Shown here one piece after another: positions 42,101 to 57,000 of a stretch of DNA of 64,000 nt. A program made the position numbers and the translations under genes. Source of the DNA: Eledone cirrhosa (Eukaryota); assembly GCA_964016885.1 (NCBI GenBank), contig OZ024744.1:24180001-24244000 (forward strand), given 5' to 3'. Each line of letters opens with the position of its first letter. The first letter of the stretch is position 1. Below the pieces are notes generated by a model. The model was given only the letters and a program-made list of their open reading frames with translations. It did not search any database and had not been told where the DNA came from.

Positions 42101-45050
42101 TTCAAAACTGACTCATCTTAACAACAGTTGAATCTTCAAATAAAACTCGTATTAACAACAGTTGAATCTTAAGAACTGACTTGTTTTAACAACAGTTGAA
42201 TCTTATGATAAAACTCATTCTAACAATAGTTGAATCTTAAGATAAAACTCGTTTTAACAACAGTTGAATCTTAAGATAAAATTCGTTTTAACAATAGTTG
42301 AATGTTAAGAACTGTTTCGTTTTAACAACAGTGCAAACTTAAGAGCTGACACGTTTTAACAACTGTTGAATCTTATGATAAAACTCATTTTAACAACAGT
42401 TGAATCTTAAGATAATACTTGTTTTAACAACAGTTGAATCTTAAGCACTGTCTCGTTTTAACAACAGTTGAATCTTAAGATTAAACTCGTTTTAACAACA
42501 GTTGAATCTTAAGAACTGATTCGTTTTAACAACAGTTCAAACTTAAGAACTGACTCGTATTAACAACAGTTGAATCTTATTATAAAACTCATTTTAACAA
42601 CAGTTGAATCTTAAGAACTGATTCGTTTTAACAACAGATGAATCATAAGATAAACCTCGTTTTAACAACAGTTGCATCTTAAGAACTGGCTCGTTTAAAC
42701 AACAGTTGAATCTTAAGATAAAACACGTTTTAACAACAGTTGAATCTTAAGAACTGACTCGTTTTAACAACAGTTGAATCTTAAGATAAACTCGTTTTAA
42801 CAACAGTTGAATCTTAAGAACTGACTCGTTTTAACAACAGCTGAATCTTAAGATAAAACTCGTATTAACAACAGTTGAATCTTAAGAACTGACTCGTTTT
42901 ATCAACAGTTCAACCTTAAGAACTGACTCGTTTTAACAACAGTTGAATCTTCAAATAAAACTCGTTTTAACAACAGTTGAGTCTTAAGAACTGACTCGTT
43001 TTAACAACAGTTGAATCTTAAGATAAAACTCGTTTTAACAACAGCTGAATCTTAAGATTAAATTCATTTTAACAACAGTTGAATCTCAAGACAAAACCCG
43101 TTTTAACAACAGTTGAATCTTAAGAACTAACTCGTTTTAACAACAGTTGAATCTTAAGAACTGACTCGTATTAAGAACAATTGAATCTTAAGATAACATT
43201 CGTTTTAACAACAGTTGCATCTTAAGAACTGACTCGTTTTAACGACAGTTGAATCTTAAGATAAACCTCGTTTTAACAAAAGTTTAATCTTAACAACTGA
43301 CTCGTTTTAACAACAGTTGAATCTTATGATAAAACCCATTTTAACAACAGTTGAATCTTAAGATAAAACTCGTTTTAACAACAGTTGAATCTTAAGAACT
43401 GACTCGTTTTAACAACAGTTGAATCTTAAGAACTGACTCGTTTTAACAACAGTTGAATCTTAAGAACTGACTCGTTTCATAAACAGTTCAACCTTAAGAA
43501 CTGACTCGTTTTAACAACAGTTGAATCTTCAAATAAAACTCGTTTTAACAACAGTTGAATATTAAGAACTGACTCGTTTTAACAGCAGTTGAATCTTAAT
43601 ATAAAACTCGTTTTAACAACAGTTGAATCGTAAGAACTGACTCGTTTTAATAACAGTTGAATCTTAAGATAAAACTCGTTTTAACAACAGTTGAATCTTA
43701 AGAACTGACTCGTTTTAACAACAACTGAATTTTAAGATAAAACTCGTTTTAACAACAGTTGAATCTTAAGAACTGACTCGTTTTATCAACAGTTCAACCT
43801 TAAGAACTGACTCTTTTTAACAACAGTTGAATCTTCAAATAAATCTCGTTTTAACAACAGTTGAATGTTAAGAACTGATTCGTTTTAACAACAGCTGAAT
43901 CTTAAGATAAACTCGTTTTAGCAACAGTTGAATCTTAAGATAAACCTCGTTTTAACAACAGTTTAATCTTCAGAACTGACTCGTTTTAACAACAGTTGAA
44001 TCTTAAGATAAAACTCGTTTTAACAGCAGTTGAATCTTAAGATCTGTCTCGTTTTAACAACAGTTGAATCTTAAGAACTGATTCGTTTTAACAACAGTTC
44101 AAACTTAAGAACTGACTCGTTTTAACAACAGTTGAATCTTAAGAACTGACTCTTTTTAACAACAGTTGAAACTTAAGATAAAACTCGTTTTAACAACAGT
44201 TGAATCTTGAGATAAAATTCGTTTTAACAATAGTTGAATGTTAAGAACTGTTTCGTTTTAACAATAGTGCAAACTTAAGAGCTGACTCGTTTTAACAACT
44301 GTTGAATCTTATGATAAAACTCATTTTAACAACAGTTGAATCTTAAGATAAAACTTGTTTTAACAACAGTTGAATCTTAAGCACTGTCTCGTTTTAACAA
44401 CAGTTGAATCTTAAGATAATATTCGTTTTAACAACAGTTGAATCTTAAGAACTGACTCGTTTTAACAACAGTTGAATCTTAAGAACTGACTCGTTTTAAC
44501 AACAGTTGAATCTTATGATAAAACCCATTTTAACAACAGTTGAATCTTAAGATTAAACTCGTTTTAACAACAGTTGAAACTTAAGAACTGATTCGTTTTA
44601 ACAACAGTTCAAACTTAAGAACTGACTCGTATTAACAACAGTTGAATCTTATTATAAAACTCATTTTAACAACAGTTGAATCTTAAGAACTGATTCGTTT
44701 TAACAACAGATGAATCTTAAGATAAACCTCGTTTTAACAACAGTTGCATCTTAAGAACTGGCTCGTTTAAACAACAGTTGAATCTTAAGATAAAACACGT
44801 TTTAACAACAGTTGAATCTTAAGAACTGACTCGTTTTAACAACAGTTGAATCTTAAGATAAACTCGTTTTAACAACAGTTGAATCTTAAGAACTGACTCG
44901 TTTTAACTACAGCTGAATCTTAAGATAAAACTCGTTTTAACAACAGTTGAATCTTAAGAACTGACTCGTTTTAACAACAGCTGAATCCTAAGATAAAACT
45001 CATTTTAACAACAGTTGAATCTTAAGAACTGACTCGTTTTAACAACAGTT
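39130..45050. repeat. 2,921-bp (86-monomer) tandem duplication; second copy one monomer longer
   Basis: TCAAAACTGACTCATC at 39181/42102, AGAGCTGACAC at 39421/42342 and GAATCTCAAG at 40160/43081 all have offset 2921. TCCTAAG at 42031/44986 has offset 2955, after an extra monomer near 44170-44200. Confidence 0.88.
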
Positions 45051-48000
45051 CGACCTTAAGAACTGACTCGTTTTAACAACTGTTGAATCTTCAAATAAAA
45101 CTCGTTTTAACAACAGTTGAATCTTAAGAATTGACTCGTTTTAACAACAATTAAATCTTAAGACAAAACCCGTTTTAACAACAGTTGAATCTTAAGAACT
45201 GACTCGTTTTAACAACAGTTGAATCTTAAGATAAAATTCGTTTTAACAACAGTTGAATCTTAAGAACTGATTCATTTTAACAACAGTTCAAACTTAAGAA
45301 CAGACTCGTATTAACAACAGTTGAATCTTATTATAAAACTCATTTTAACAACAGTTCAACCTTAAGAACTGACTCGTTTTAACAACAGTTGAATCTTCAA
45401 ATAAACCTCGTTTTAACAACAGTTGCATCTTAAGAACTGGCTCGTTTAAACAACAGTTGAATCTTAAGATAAAACTCGTTTTAACAACAGTTGATTCTTA
45501 AGAACTGACTCGTTTTAACAACAGTTGAATCTTCAAATAAAACTCGTTTTAACAACAGTTGAATCTTAAGAACTGACTCGTTTTAACAACAGTTCAACCT
45601 TAAGAACTGACTCGTTTTAACAACAGTTGAATCTTCAAATAAAACTCGTTTTAACAACAGTTGAATCTTAAGAATTGACTCGTTTTAACAACAGTTGAAT
45701 CTTAAGACAAAACCCGTTTTAACAACAGTTGAATCTTAAGAACTGACTCGTTTTAACAACAGTTGAATCTTAAGATAAAACTCGTTTTAACAACAGTTGA
45801 ATCTTAAGAACTGACTCGTTTTATCAACAGTTGAATCTTAAGATAAACTCGTTTTAACAACAGTTGAATATTAAGAACTGACTCGTTTTAACAACAGCTG
45901 AATCTTAAGATAAAACTCGTATTAACAACAGTTGAATCTTAAGAACTGACTCGTTTTAACAACAGTTGAATCTTAAGAACTGACTCGTTTTATAAACAGT
46001 TCAACCTTAAGAACTGACTCGTTTTAACAACAGTTGAATATTAAAAACTGACTAGTTTTAACCGCAGCTGAATCTTATAATACAACTCGTTTTAACAACA
46101 GTTGAATCTTCAGATAAAACTCGTTTTAACAACAGATGATTCTCAAGAACTGACTCGTTTTAACAACAGTTGAATCTTAAGATAAAACTCGTTTTAACAA
46201 CAGTTGAATCTTAAGAACTGACTCGTATTAACAACAATTGAATCTTAAGATAACATTCGTTTTAACAACAGTTGCATCTTAAGAAGTGACTCGTTTTAAC
46301 GACAGTTGAATCTTAAGATAAACCTCGTTTTAACAACGGTTGAATCTTAAGAACTGACTCGTTTTATCAACAGTTCAACCTTAAGAACTGACTCATTTTA
46401 ACAACAGTTGAATCTTCAAATAAAACTCGTTTTAACAACAGTTGAATGTTAAGAACTGATTCGTTTTAACAACAGCTGAATCTTAAGATAAACTCGTTTT
46501 AACAACAGTTGAATCTTAAGATAAACCTCGTTTTAACAACAGTTTAATCTTAAGAACTGACTCGTTTTAACAACAGTTGAATCTTAAGATAAAATTCGTT
46601 TTAACAACAGTTGAATCTTAAGAACTGACTCGTTTTAACAACAGTTGAATCTTAAGAGCTGATTCGTTTTAACAACAGTTCAAACTTAAGAACTGACTCA
46701 TTTTAACAACAGTTGAATCTTCAAATAAAACTCGTTTTAACAACAGTTGAATGTTAAGAACTGATTCGTTTTAACAACAGCTGAATCTTAAGATAAACTC
46801 GTTTTAACAACAGTTGAATCTTAAGATAAACCTCGTTTTAACAACAGTTTAATCTTAAGAACTGACTCGTTTTAACAACAGTTGAATCTTAAGATAAAAT
46901 TCGTTTTAACAACAGTTGAATCTTAAGAACTGACTCGTTTTAACAACAGTTGAATCTTAAGAACTGACTCGTTTTAACAACAGTTGAATCTTATGATAAA
47001 ACCCATTTTAACAACAGTTGAATCTTAATATTAAACTCGTTTTAACAACAGTTGAATCTAAAGAACTGATTCGTTTTAACAACAGTTCAAACTTAAGAAC
47101 TGATTCGTATTAAGAACAGTTGAATCTTATTATAAATCTCATTTTAACAACAGTTGAATCTTAAGAACTGATTCGTTTTAACAACAGATGAATCTTAAGA
47201 TAAACCTCGTTTTAACAACAGTTGCATCTTAAGAACTGGCTCGTTTAAACAACAGTTGAATCTTAAGATAAAACACGTTTTAACAACAGTTGAATCTTAA
47301 GAACTGACTCGTTTTAACAACAGTTGCATCTTAAGATAAACTCGTTTTAACAACAGTTGAATCTTAAGAACTGACTCGTTTTAACAACAGCTGAATCTTA
47401 AGATAAAACTCGTTTTAACAACAGTTGAATCTTAAGAACTGACTCGTTTTAACAACAGCTGAATCTTAAGATAAAACTCGTTTTAACAACAGTTGAATCT
47501 TAAGAACTGACTCGTTTTAACAACAGTTCAACCTTAAGAACTGACTCGTTTTAACAACAGTTGAATCTTCAAATAAAACTCGTTTTAACAACAGTTGAAT
47601 CTTAAGAATTGACTCGTTTTAACAACAGTTGAATCTTAAGACAAAACCCGTTTTAACAACAGTTGAATCTTAAGAACTGACTCGTTTTAACAACAGTTGA
47701 ATCTTAAGATAAAACTCGTTTTAACAACAGTTGAATCTTAAGAACTGACTCGTTTTATCAACAGTTGAATCTTAAGATAAACTCGTTTTAACAACAGTTG
47801 AATCTTAAGAACTGACTCGTTTTAACAACAGTTGAATCTTAAGAACTGACTCGTTTTAACAACAGCTGAATCTTAAGATAAAACTCGTATTAACAACAGT
47901 TGAATCTTAAGAACTGACTCGTTTTAACAACAGTTGAATCTTAAGAACTGACTCGTGTTATAAACAGTTCAACCTTAAGAACTGACTCGTTTTAACAACA

Positions 48001-51000
48001 GTTGAATATTAAAAACTGACTAGTTTTAACCGCAGCTGAATCTTATAATACAACTCGTTTTAACAACAGTTGAATCTTCAGATAAAACTCGTTTTAACAA
48101 CAGATGATTCTCAAGAACTGACTCGTTTTAACAACAGTTGAATCTTAAGATAAAACTCGTTTTAACAACAGTTGAATCTTAAGAACTGACTCGTATTAAC
48201 AACAATTGAATCTTAAGATAACATTCGTTTTAACAACAGTTGCATCTTAAGAACTGACTCGTTTTAACGACAGTTGATTCTTAAGATAAACCTCGTTTTA
48301 ACAACTGTTGAATCTTAAGAACTGACTCGTTTTATCAACAGTTCAACCTTAAGAACTGACTCATTTTAACAACAGTTGAATCTTCAAATAAAACTCGTTT
48401 TAACAACAGTTGAATGTTAAGAACTGATTCGTTTTAACAACAGCTGAATCTTAAGATAAACTCGTTTTAACAACAGTTGAATCTTAAGATAAACCTCGTT
48501 TTAACAACAGTTTAATATTAAGAACTGACTCGTTTTAACAACAGTTGAATCTTAAGATAAAATTCGTTTTAACAACAGTTGAATCTTAAGATCTGATTCG
48601 TTTTAACAACAGTTCAAACTTAAGAACTGACTCGTTTTAACAACAGTTGAATCTTAAGATAAAACTCGTTTTAACAACAGTTGAATCTTAAGAACTGACT
48701 CGTTTTAACAACAGTTGAATCTTAAGAACTGACTCGTTTTAACAACAGTTGAATCTTATGATAAAACCCATTTTAACAACAGTTGAATCTTAAGATTGAA
48801 CTCGTTTTAACAACAGTTGAATCTTAAGAACTGATTCGTTTTAACAACAGTTCAAACTTAAGAACTGACTCGTATTAAGAACAGTTGAATCTTATTATAA
48901 AACTCATTTTAACAACAGTTGAATCTTAAGAACTGATTCGTTTTAACAACAGATGAATCTTAAGATAAACCTCGTTTTAACAACAGTTGCATCTTAAGAA
49001 CTGGCTCGTTTAAACAACAGTTGAATCTTAAGATAAAACACGTTTTAACAACAGTTGAATCTTAAGAACTGACTCGTTTTAACAACAGTTGAATCTTAAG
49101 ATAAACTCGTTTTAACAACAGTTGAATCTTGAGAAATGACTCGTTTTAACAACAGCTGAATCTTAAGATAAAACTCGTTTTAACAACAGTCGAATCTTAA
49201 GAACTGACTCGTTTTAACAACAGCTGAATCTTAAGATAAAACTCGTTTTAACAACAGTTGAATCTTAAGAACTGACTCGTTTTAACAACAGTTCAACCTT
49301 AAGAACTGACTCGTTTTAACAACTGTTGAATCTTCAAATAAAACTCGTTTTAACAACAGTTGAATCTTAAGAATTGACTCGTTTTAACAACAATTAAATC
49401 TTAAGACAAAACCCGTTTTAACAACAGTTGAATCTTAAGAACTGACTCGTTTTAACAACAGTTGAATCTTAAGATAAAATTCGTTTTAACAACAGTTGAA
49501 TCTTAAGAACTGATTCGTTTTAACAACAGTTCAAACTTAAGAACAGACTCGTATTAACAACAGTTGAATCTTATTATAAAACTCATTTTAACAACAGTTC
49601 AACCTTAAGAACTGACTCGTTTTAACAACAGTTGAATCTTCAAATAAACCTCGTTTTAACAACAGTTGCATCTTAAGAACTGGCTCGTTTAAACAACAGT
49701 TGAATCTTAAGATAAAACTCGTTTTAACAACAGTTGAATCTTAAGAACTGACTCGTTTTAACAACAGTTGAATCTTCAAATAAAACTCGTTTTAACAACA
49801 GTTGAATCTTAAGAACTGACTCGTTTTAACAACAGTTCAACCTTAAGAACTGACTCCTTTTAACAACAGTTGAATCTTCAAATAAAACTCGTTTTAACAA
49901 CAGTTGAATCTTAAGATAAACCTCGTTTTAACAACAGTTGCATCTTAAGAACTGGCTCGTTTAAACAACAGTTGAATCTTAAGATAAAACACGTTTTAAC
50001 AACAGTTGAATCTTAAGAACTGACTCGTTTTAACAACAGTTGAATCTTAAGATAAACTCGTTTTAACAACAGTTGAATCTTAAGAACTGACTCGTTTTAA
50101 CAACAGCTGAATCTTAAGATAAAGCTCGTTTTAACAACAGTTGAATCTTAAGAACTGACTCGTTTTAACAACAGTTCAACCTTAAGAACTGACTCGTTTT
50201 AACAACTGTTGAATCTTCAAATAAAACTCGTTTTAACAACAGTTGAATCTTAAGAACTGACTCGTTTTAACAACAGTTCAACCTTAAGAACTGACTCGTT
50301 TTAACAACAGTTGAATCTTCAAATAAAACTCGTTTTAACAACAGTTGAATCTTAAGAATTGACTCGTTTTAACAACAGTTGAATCTTAAGACAAAACCCG
50401 TTTTAACAACAGTTGAATCTTAAGAACTGACTCGTTTTAACAACAGTTGAATCTTAAGATAAAACTCGTTTTAGCAACAGTTGAATCTTAAGAACTGACT
50501 CGCTTTATCAACAGTTGAATCTTAAGATAAACTCGTTTTAACAACAGTTGAATCTTAAGAACTGACTCGTTTTAACAACAGCTGAATCTTAAGATAAAAC
50601 TCGTATTAACAACAGTTGAATCTCAAGAACTGACTCGTCTTAACAACAGTTGAATCTTAAGAACTGACTCGTTTTATAAACAGTTCAACCTTAAGAACTG
50701 ACTCGTTTTAACAACAGTTGAATATTAAAAACTGACTAGTTTTAACCGCAGCTGAATCTTATAATACAACTCGTTTTAACAACAGTTGAATCTTCAGATA
50801 AAACTCGTTTTAACAACAGATGATTCTCAAGAACTGACTCGTTTTAACAACAGTTGAATCTTAAGATAAAACTCGTTTTAACAACAGTTGAATCTTAAGA
50901 ACTGACTCGTATTAACAACAATTGAATCTTAAGATAACATTCGTTTTAACAACGGTTGCATCTTAAGAACTGACTCGTTTTAACGACAGTTGAATCTTAA

Positions 51001-54000
51001 GATAAACCTTGTTTTAACAACGGTTGAATCTTAAGAACTGACTCGTTTTATCAACAGTTCAACCTTAAGAACTGACTCATTTTAACTACAGTTGAATCCT
51101 CAAATAAAACTCGTTTTAACAACAGTTGAATGTTAAGAACTGATTCGTTTTAACAACAGCTAAATCTTAAGATAAACTCGTTTTAACAACAGTTGAATCT
51201 TAAGATAAACCTCGTTTTAACAACAGTTTAATCTTAAGAACTGACTCGTTTTAACAACAGTTGAATATTAAGATAAAATTCGTTTTAACAACAGTTGAAT
51301 CTTAAGAGCTGATTCGTTTTAACAACAGTTCAAACTTAAGAACTGTCTCGTTTTAACAACAGTTGAATCTTAAGAACTGACTCGTTTTAACAACAGTTGA
51401 ATCTTATGAACTGACTCGTTTTAACAACAGTTGAATCTTATGATAAAACCCATTTTAACAACAGTTGAATCTTAAGATTAAACTCGTTTTAACAACAGTT
51501 GAATCTTAAGAACTGATTCGTTTTAACAACAGTTCAAACTTAAGAACTGACTCGTATTAAGAACAGTTGAATCTTATTATAAAACTCATTTTAACAACAG
51601 TTGAATCTTAAGAACTGATTCGTTTTAACAACAGATGAATCTTAAGATAAACCTCGTTTTAACAACAGTTGCATCTTAAGAACTGGCTCGTTTAAACAAC
51701 AGTTGAATCTTAAGATAAAACACGTTTTAACAACAGTTGAATCTTAAGAACTGAGTCGTTTTAACAACAGTTGAATCTTAAGAACTGATTCGTTTTAACA
51801 ACAGTTCAAACTTAAGAACAGACTCGTATTAACAACAGTTGAATCTTATTATAAAACTCATTTATCAACAGTTCAACCTTAAGAACTGACTCGTTTTAAC
51901 AACAGTTGAATCTTCAAATAAACCTCGTTTTAACAACAGTTGCATCTTAAGAACTGACTCGTTTTAACAACAGTTCAACCTTAAGAACTGACTCGTTTTA
52001 ACAACAGTTGAATCTTCAAATAAAACTCGTTTTAACAACAGTTGAATCTTAAGAATTGACTCGTTTTAACAACAGTTGAATCTTAAGACAAAACCCGTTT
52101 TAACAACAGTTGAATCTTAAGAACTGACTCGTTTTAACAACAGTTGAATCTTAAGATAAAACTAGTTTTAACAACAGTTGAATCTTAAGAACTGACTCGT
52201 TTTATCAACAGTTGAATCTTAAGATAAACTCGTTTTAACAACAGTTGAATCTTAAGTACTGACTCGTTTTAACAACAGTTGAATCTTCAAATAAAACTCG
52301 TTTTAACAACAGTTGAATCTTAAGAACTGACTCGTTTTAACAACAGTTCAACCTTAAGAACTGACTCGTTTTAACAACAGTTGAATCTTCAAATAAAACT
52401 CGTTTTAACAACAGTTGAATCTTAAGAACTGACTCGTTTTAACAACAGCTGAATCTTAAGATAAAACTCGTATTAACAACAGTTGAATCTTAAGAACTGA
52501 CTCGTTTTAACAACAGTTGAATCTTAAGAACTGACTCGTTTTATAAACAGTTCAACCTCAAGAACTGACTCGTTTTAACAACAGTTGAATCTTAAAAACG
52601 GACTCGTTTTAACCGCAGCTGAATCTTATAAAACAACTCGTTTTAACAACAGTTGAATCTTCAGATAAAACTCGTTTTAACAACAGATGATTCTCAAGAA
52701 CTGACTCGTTTTAACAACAGTTGAATCTTAAGATAAAACTCGTTTTAACAACAGTTGAATCTTAAGAACTGACTCGTATTAACAACAGTTCAACCTTAAG
52801 AACTGACTCGTTTTAACAACTGTTGAATCTTCAAATAAAACTCGTTTTAACAACAGTTGAATCTTAAGAATTGACTCGTTTTAACAACAATTAAATCTTA
52901 AGACAAAACCCGTTTTAACAACAGTTGAATCTTAAGAACTGACTCGTTTTAACAACAGTTGAATCTTAAGATAAAATTCGTTTTAACAACAGTTGAATCT
53001 TAAGAACTAATTCGTTTTAACAACAGTTCAAACTTAAGAACAGACTCGTATTAACAACAGTTGAATCTTATTATAAAACTCATTTTAACAACAGTTCAAC
53101 CTTAAGAACTGACTCGTTTTAACAACAGTTGAATCTTCAAATAAACCTCGTTTTAACAACAGTTGCATCTTAAGAACTGGCTCGTTTAAACAACAGTTGA
53201 ATCTTAAGATAAAACTCGTTTTAACAACAGTTGAATCTTAAGAACTGACTCGTTTTAACAACAGTTGAATCTTCAAATAAAACTCGTTTTAACAACAGTT
53301 GAATCTTAAGAACTGACTCGTTTTAACAACAGTTCAACCTTAAGAACTGACTCGTTTTAACAACAGTTGAATCTTCAAATAAAACTCGTTTTAACAACAG
53401 TTGAATCTTAAGATAAACCTCGTTTTAACAACAGTTGCATCTTAAGAACTGGCTCGTTTAAACAACAGTTGAATCTTAAGAGCTGATTCGTTTTAACAAC
53501 AGATGAATCTTAAGATAAACCTCGTTTTAACAACAGTTGAATCTTAAGAACTGACTCGTTTTAACAACAGCTGAATCTTAAGATAAAACTCGTATTAACA
53601 ACAGTTGAATCTTAAGAACTGACTCGTTTTATCAACAGTTCAACCTTAAGAACTGACTCGTTTTAACAACAGTTGAATCTTCAAATAAAACTCGTTTTAA
53701 CAACAGTTGAGTCTTAAGAACTGACTCGTTTTAACAACAGTTGAATCTTAAGATAAAACTCGTTTTAACAACAGCTGAATCTTAAGATTAAATTCATTTT
53801 AACAACAGTTGAATCTCAAGACAAAACCCGTTTTAACAACAGTTGAATCTTAAGAACTAACTCGTTTTAACAACAGTTGAATCTTAAGAACTGACTCGTA
53901 TTAAGAACAATTGAATCTTAAGATAACATTCGTTTTAACAACAGTTGCATCTTAAGAACTGACTCGTTTTAACGACAGTTGAATCTTAAGATAAACCTCG

Positions 54001-57000
54001 TTTTAACAAAAGTTTAATCTTAACAACTGACTCGTTTTAACAACAGTTGAATCTTATGATAAAACCCATTTTAACAACAGTTGAATCTTAAGATAAAACT
54101 CGTTTTAACAACAGTTGAATCTTAAGAACTGACTCGTTTTAACAACAGTTGAATCTTAAGAACTGACTCGTTTTAACAACAGTTGAATCTTAAGAACTGA
54201 CTCGTTTCATAAACAGTTCAACCTTAAGAACTGACTCGTTTTAACAACAGTTGAATCTTCAAATAAAACTCGTTTTAACAACAGTTGAATATTAAGAACT
54301 GACTCGTTTTAACAGCAGTTGAATCTTAATATAAAACTCGTTTTAACAACAGTTGAATCGTAAGAACTGACTCGTTTTAATAACAGTTGAATCTTAAGAT
54401 AAAACTCGTTTTAACAACAGTTGAATCTTAAGAACTGACTCGTTTTAACAACAACTGAATTTTAAGATAAAACTCGTTTTAACAACAGTTGAATCTTAAG
54501 AACTGACTCGTTTTATCAACAGTTCAACCTTAAGAACTGACTCTTTTTAACAACAGTTGAATCTTCAAATAAATCTCGTTTTAACAACAGTTGAATGTTA
54601 AGAACTGATTCGTTTTAACAACAGCTGAATCTTAAGATAAACTCGTTTTAGCAACAGTTGAATCTTAAGATAAACCTCGTTTTAACAACAGTTTAATCTT
54701 CAGAACTGACTCGTTTTAACAACAGTTGAATCTTAAGATAAAACTCGTTTTAACAGCAGTTGAATCTTAAGATCTGTCTCGTTTTAACAACAGTTGAATC
54801 TTAAGAACTGATTCGTTTTAACAACAGTTCAAACTTAAGAACTGACTCGTTTTAACAACAGTTGAATCTTAAGAACTGACTCTTTTTAACAACAGTTGAA
54901 ACTTAAGATAAAACTCGTTTTAACAACAGTTGAATCTTGAGATAAAATTCGTTTTAACAATAGTTGAATGTTAAGAACTGTTTCGTTTTAACAATAGTGC
55001 AAACTTAAGAGCTGACTCGTTTTAACAACTGTTGAATCTTATGATAAAACTCATTTTAACAACAGTTGAATCTTAAGATAAAACTTGTTTTAACAACAGT
55101 TGAATCTTAAGCACTGTCTCGTTTTAACAACAGTTGAATCTTAAGATAATATTCGTTTTAACAACAGTTGAATCTTAAGAACTGACTCGTTTTAACAACA
55201 GTTGAATCTTAAGAACTGACTCGTTTTAACAACAGTTGAATCTTATGATAAAACCCATTTTAACAACAGTTGAATCTTAAGATTAAACTCGTTTTAACAA
55301 CAGTTGAATCTTAAGAACTGATTCGTTTTAACAACAGTTCAAACTTAAGAACTGACTCGTATTAACAACAGTTGAATCTTATTATAAAACTCATTTTAAC
55401 AACAGTTGAATCTTAAGAACTGATTCGTTTTAACAACAGATGAATCTTAAGATAAACCTCGTTTTAACAACAGTTGCATCTTAAGAACTGGCTCGTTTAA
55501 ACAACAGTTGAATCTTAAGATAAAACACGTTTTAACAACAGTTGAATCTTAAGAACTGACTCGTTTTAACAACAGTTGAATCTTAAGATAAACTCGTTTT
55601 AACAACAGTTGAATCTTAAGAACTGACTCGTTTTAACTACAGCTGAATCTTAAGATAAAACTCGTTTTAACAACAGTTGAATCTTAAGAACTGACTCGTT
55701 TTAACAACAGCTGAATCCTAAGATAAAACTCATTTTAACAACAGTTGAATCTTAAGAACTGACTCGTTTTAACAACAGTTCGACCTTAAGAACTGACTCG
55801 TTTTAACAACTGTTGAATCTTCAAATAAAACTCGTTTTAACAACAGTTGAATCTTAAGAATTGACTCGTTTTAACAACAATTAAATCTTAAGACAAAACC
55901 CGTTTTAACAACAGTTGAATCTTAAGAACTGACTCGTTTTAACAACAGTTGAATCTTAAGATAAAATTCGTTTTAACAACAGTTGAATCTTAAGAACTGA
56001 TTCATTTTAACAACAGTTCAAACTTAAGAACAGACTCGTATTAACAACAGTTGAATCTTATTATAAAACTCATTTTAACAACAGTTCAACCTTAAGAACT
56101 GACTCGTTTTAACAACAGTTGAATCTTCAAATAAACCTCGTTTTAACAACAGTTGCATCTTAAGAACTGGCTCGTTTAAACAACAGTTGAATCTTAAGAT
56201 AAAACTCGTTTTAACAACAGTTGATTCTTAAGAACTGACTCGTTTTAACAACAGTTGAATCTTCAAATAAAACTCGTTTTAACAACAGTTGAATCTTAAG
56301 AACTGACTCGTTTTAACAACAGTTCAACCTTAAGAACTGACTCGTTTTAACAACAGTTGAATCTTCAAATAAAACTCGTTTTAACAACAGTTGAATCTTA
56401 AGAATTGACTCGTTTTAACAACAGTTGAATCTTAAGACAAAACCCGTTTTAACAACAGTTGAATCTTAAGAACTGACTCGTTTTAACAACAGTTGAATCT
56501 TAAGATAAAACTCGTTTTAACAACAGTTGAATCTTAAGAACTGACTCGTTTTATCAACAGTTGAATCTTAAGATAAACTCGTTTTAACAACAGTTGAATA
56601 TTAAGAACTGACTCGTTTTAACAACAGCTGAATCTTAAGATAAAACTCGTATTAACAACAGTTGAATCTTAAGAACTGACTCGTTTTAACAACAGTTGAA
56701 TCTTAAGAACTGACTCGTTTTATAAACAGTTCAACCTTAAGAACTGACTCGTTTTAACAACAGTTGAATATTAAAAACTGACTAGTTTTAACCGCAGCTG
56801 AATCTTATAATACAACTCGTTTTAACAACAGTTGAATCTTCAGATAAAACTCGTTTTAACAACAGATGATTCTCAAGAACTGACTCGTTTTAACAACAGT
56901 TGAATCTTAAGATAAAACTCGTTTTAACAACAGTTGAATCTTAAGAACTGACTCGTATTAACAACAATTGAATCTTAAGATAACATTCGTTTTAACAACA

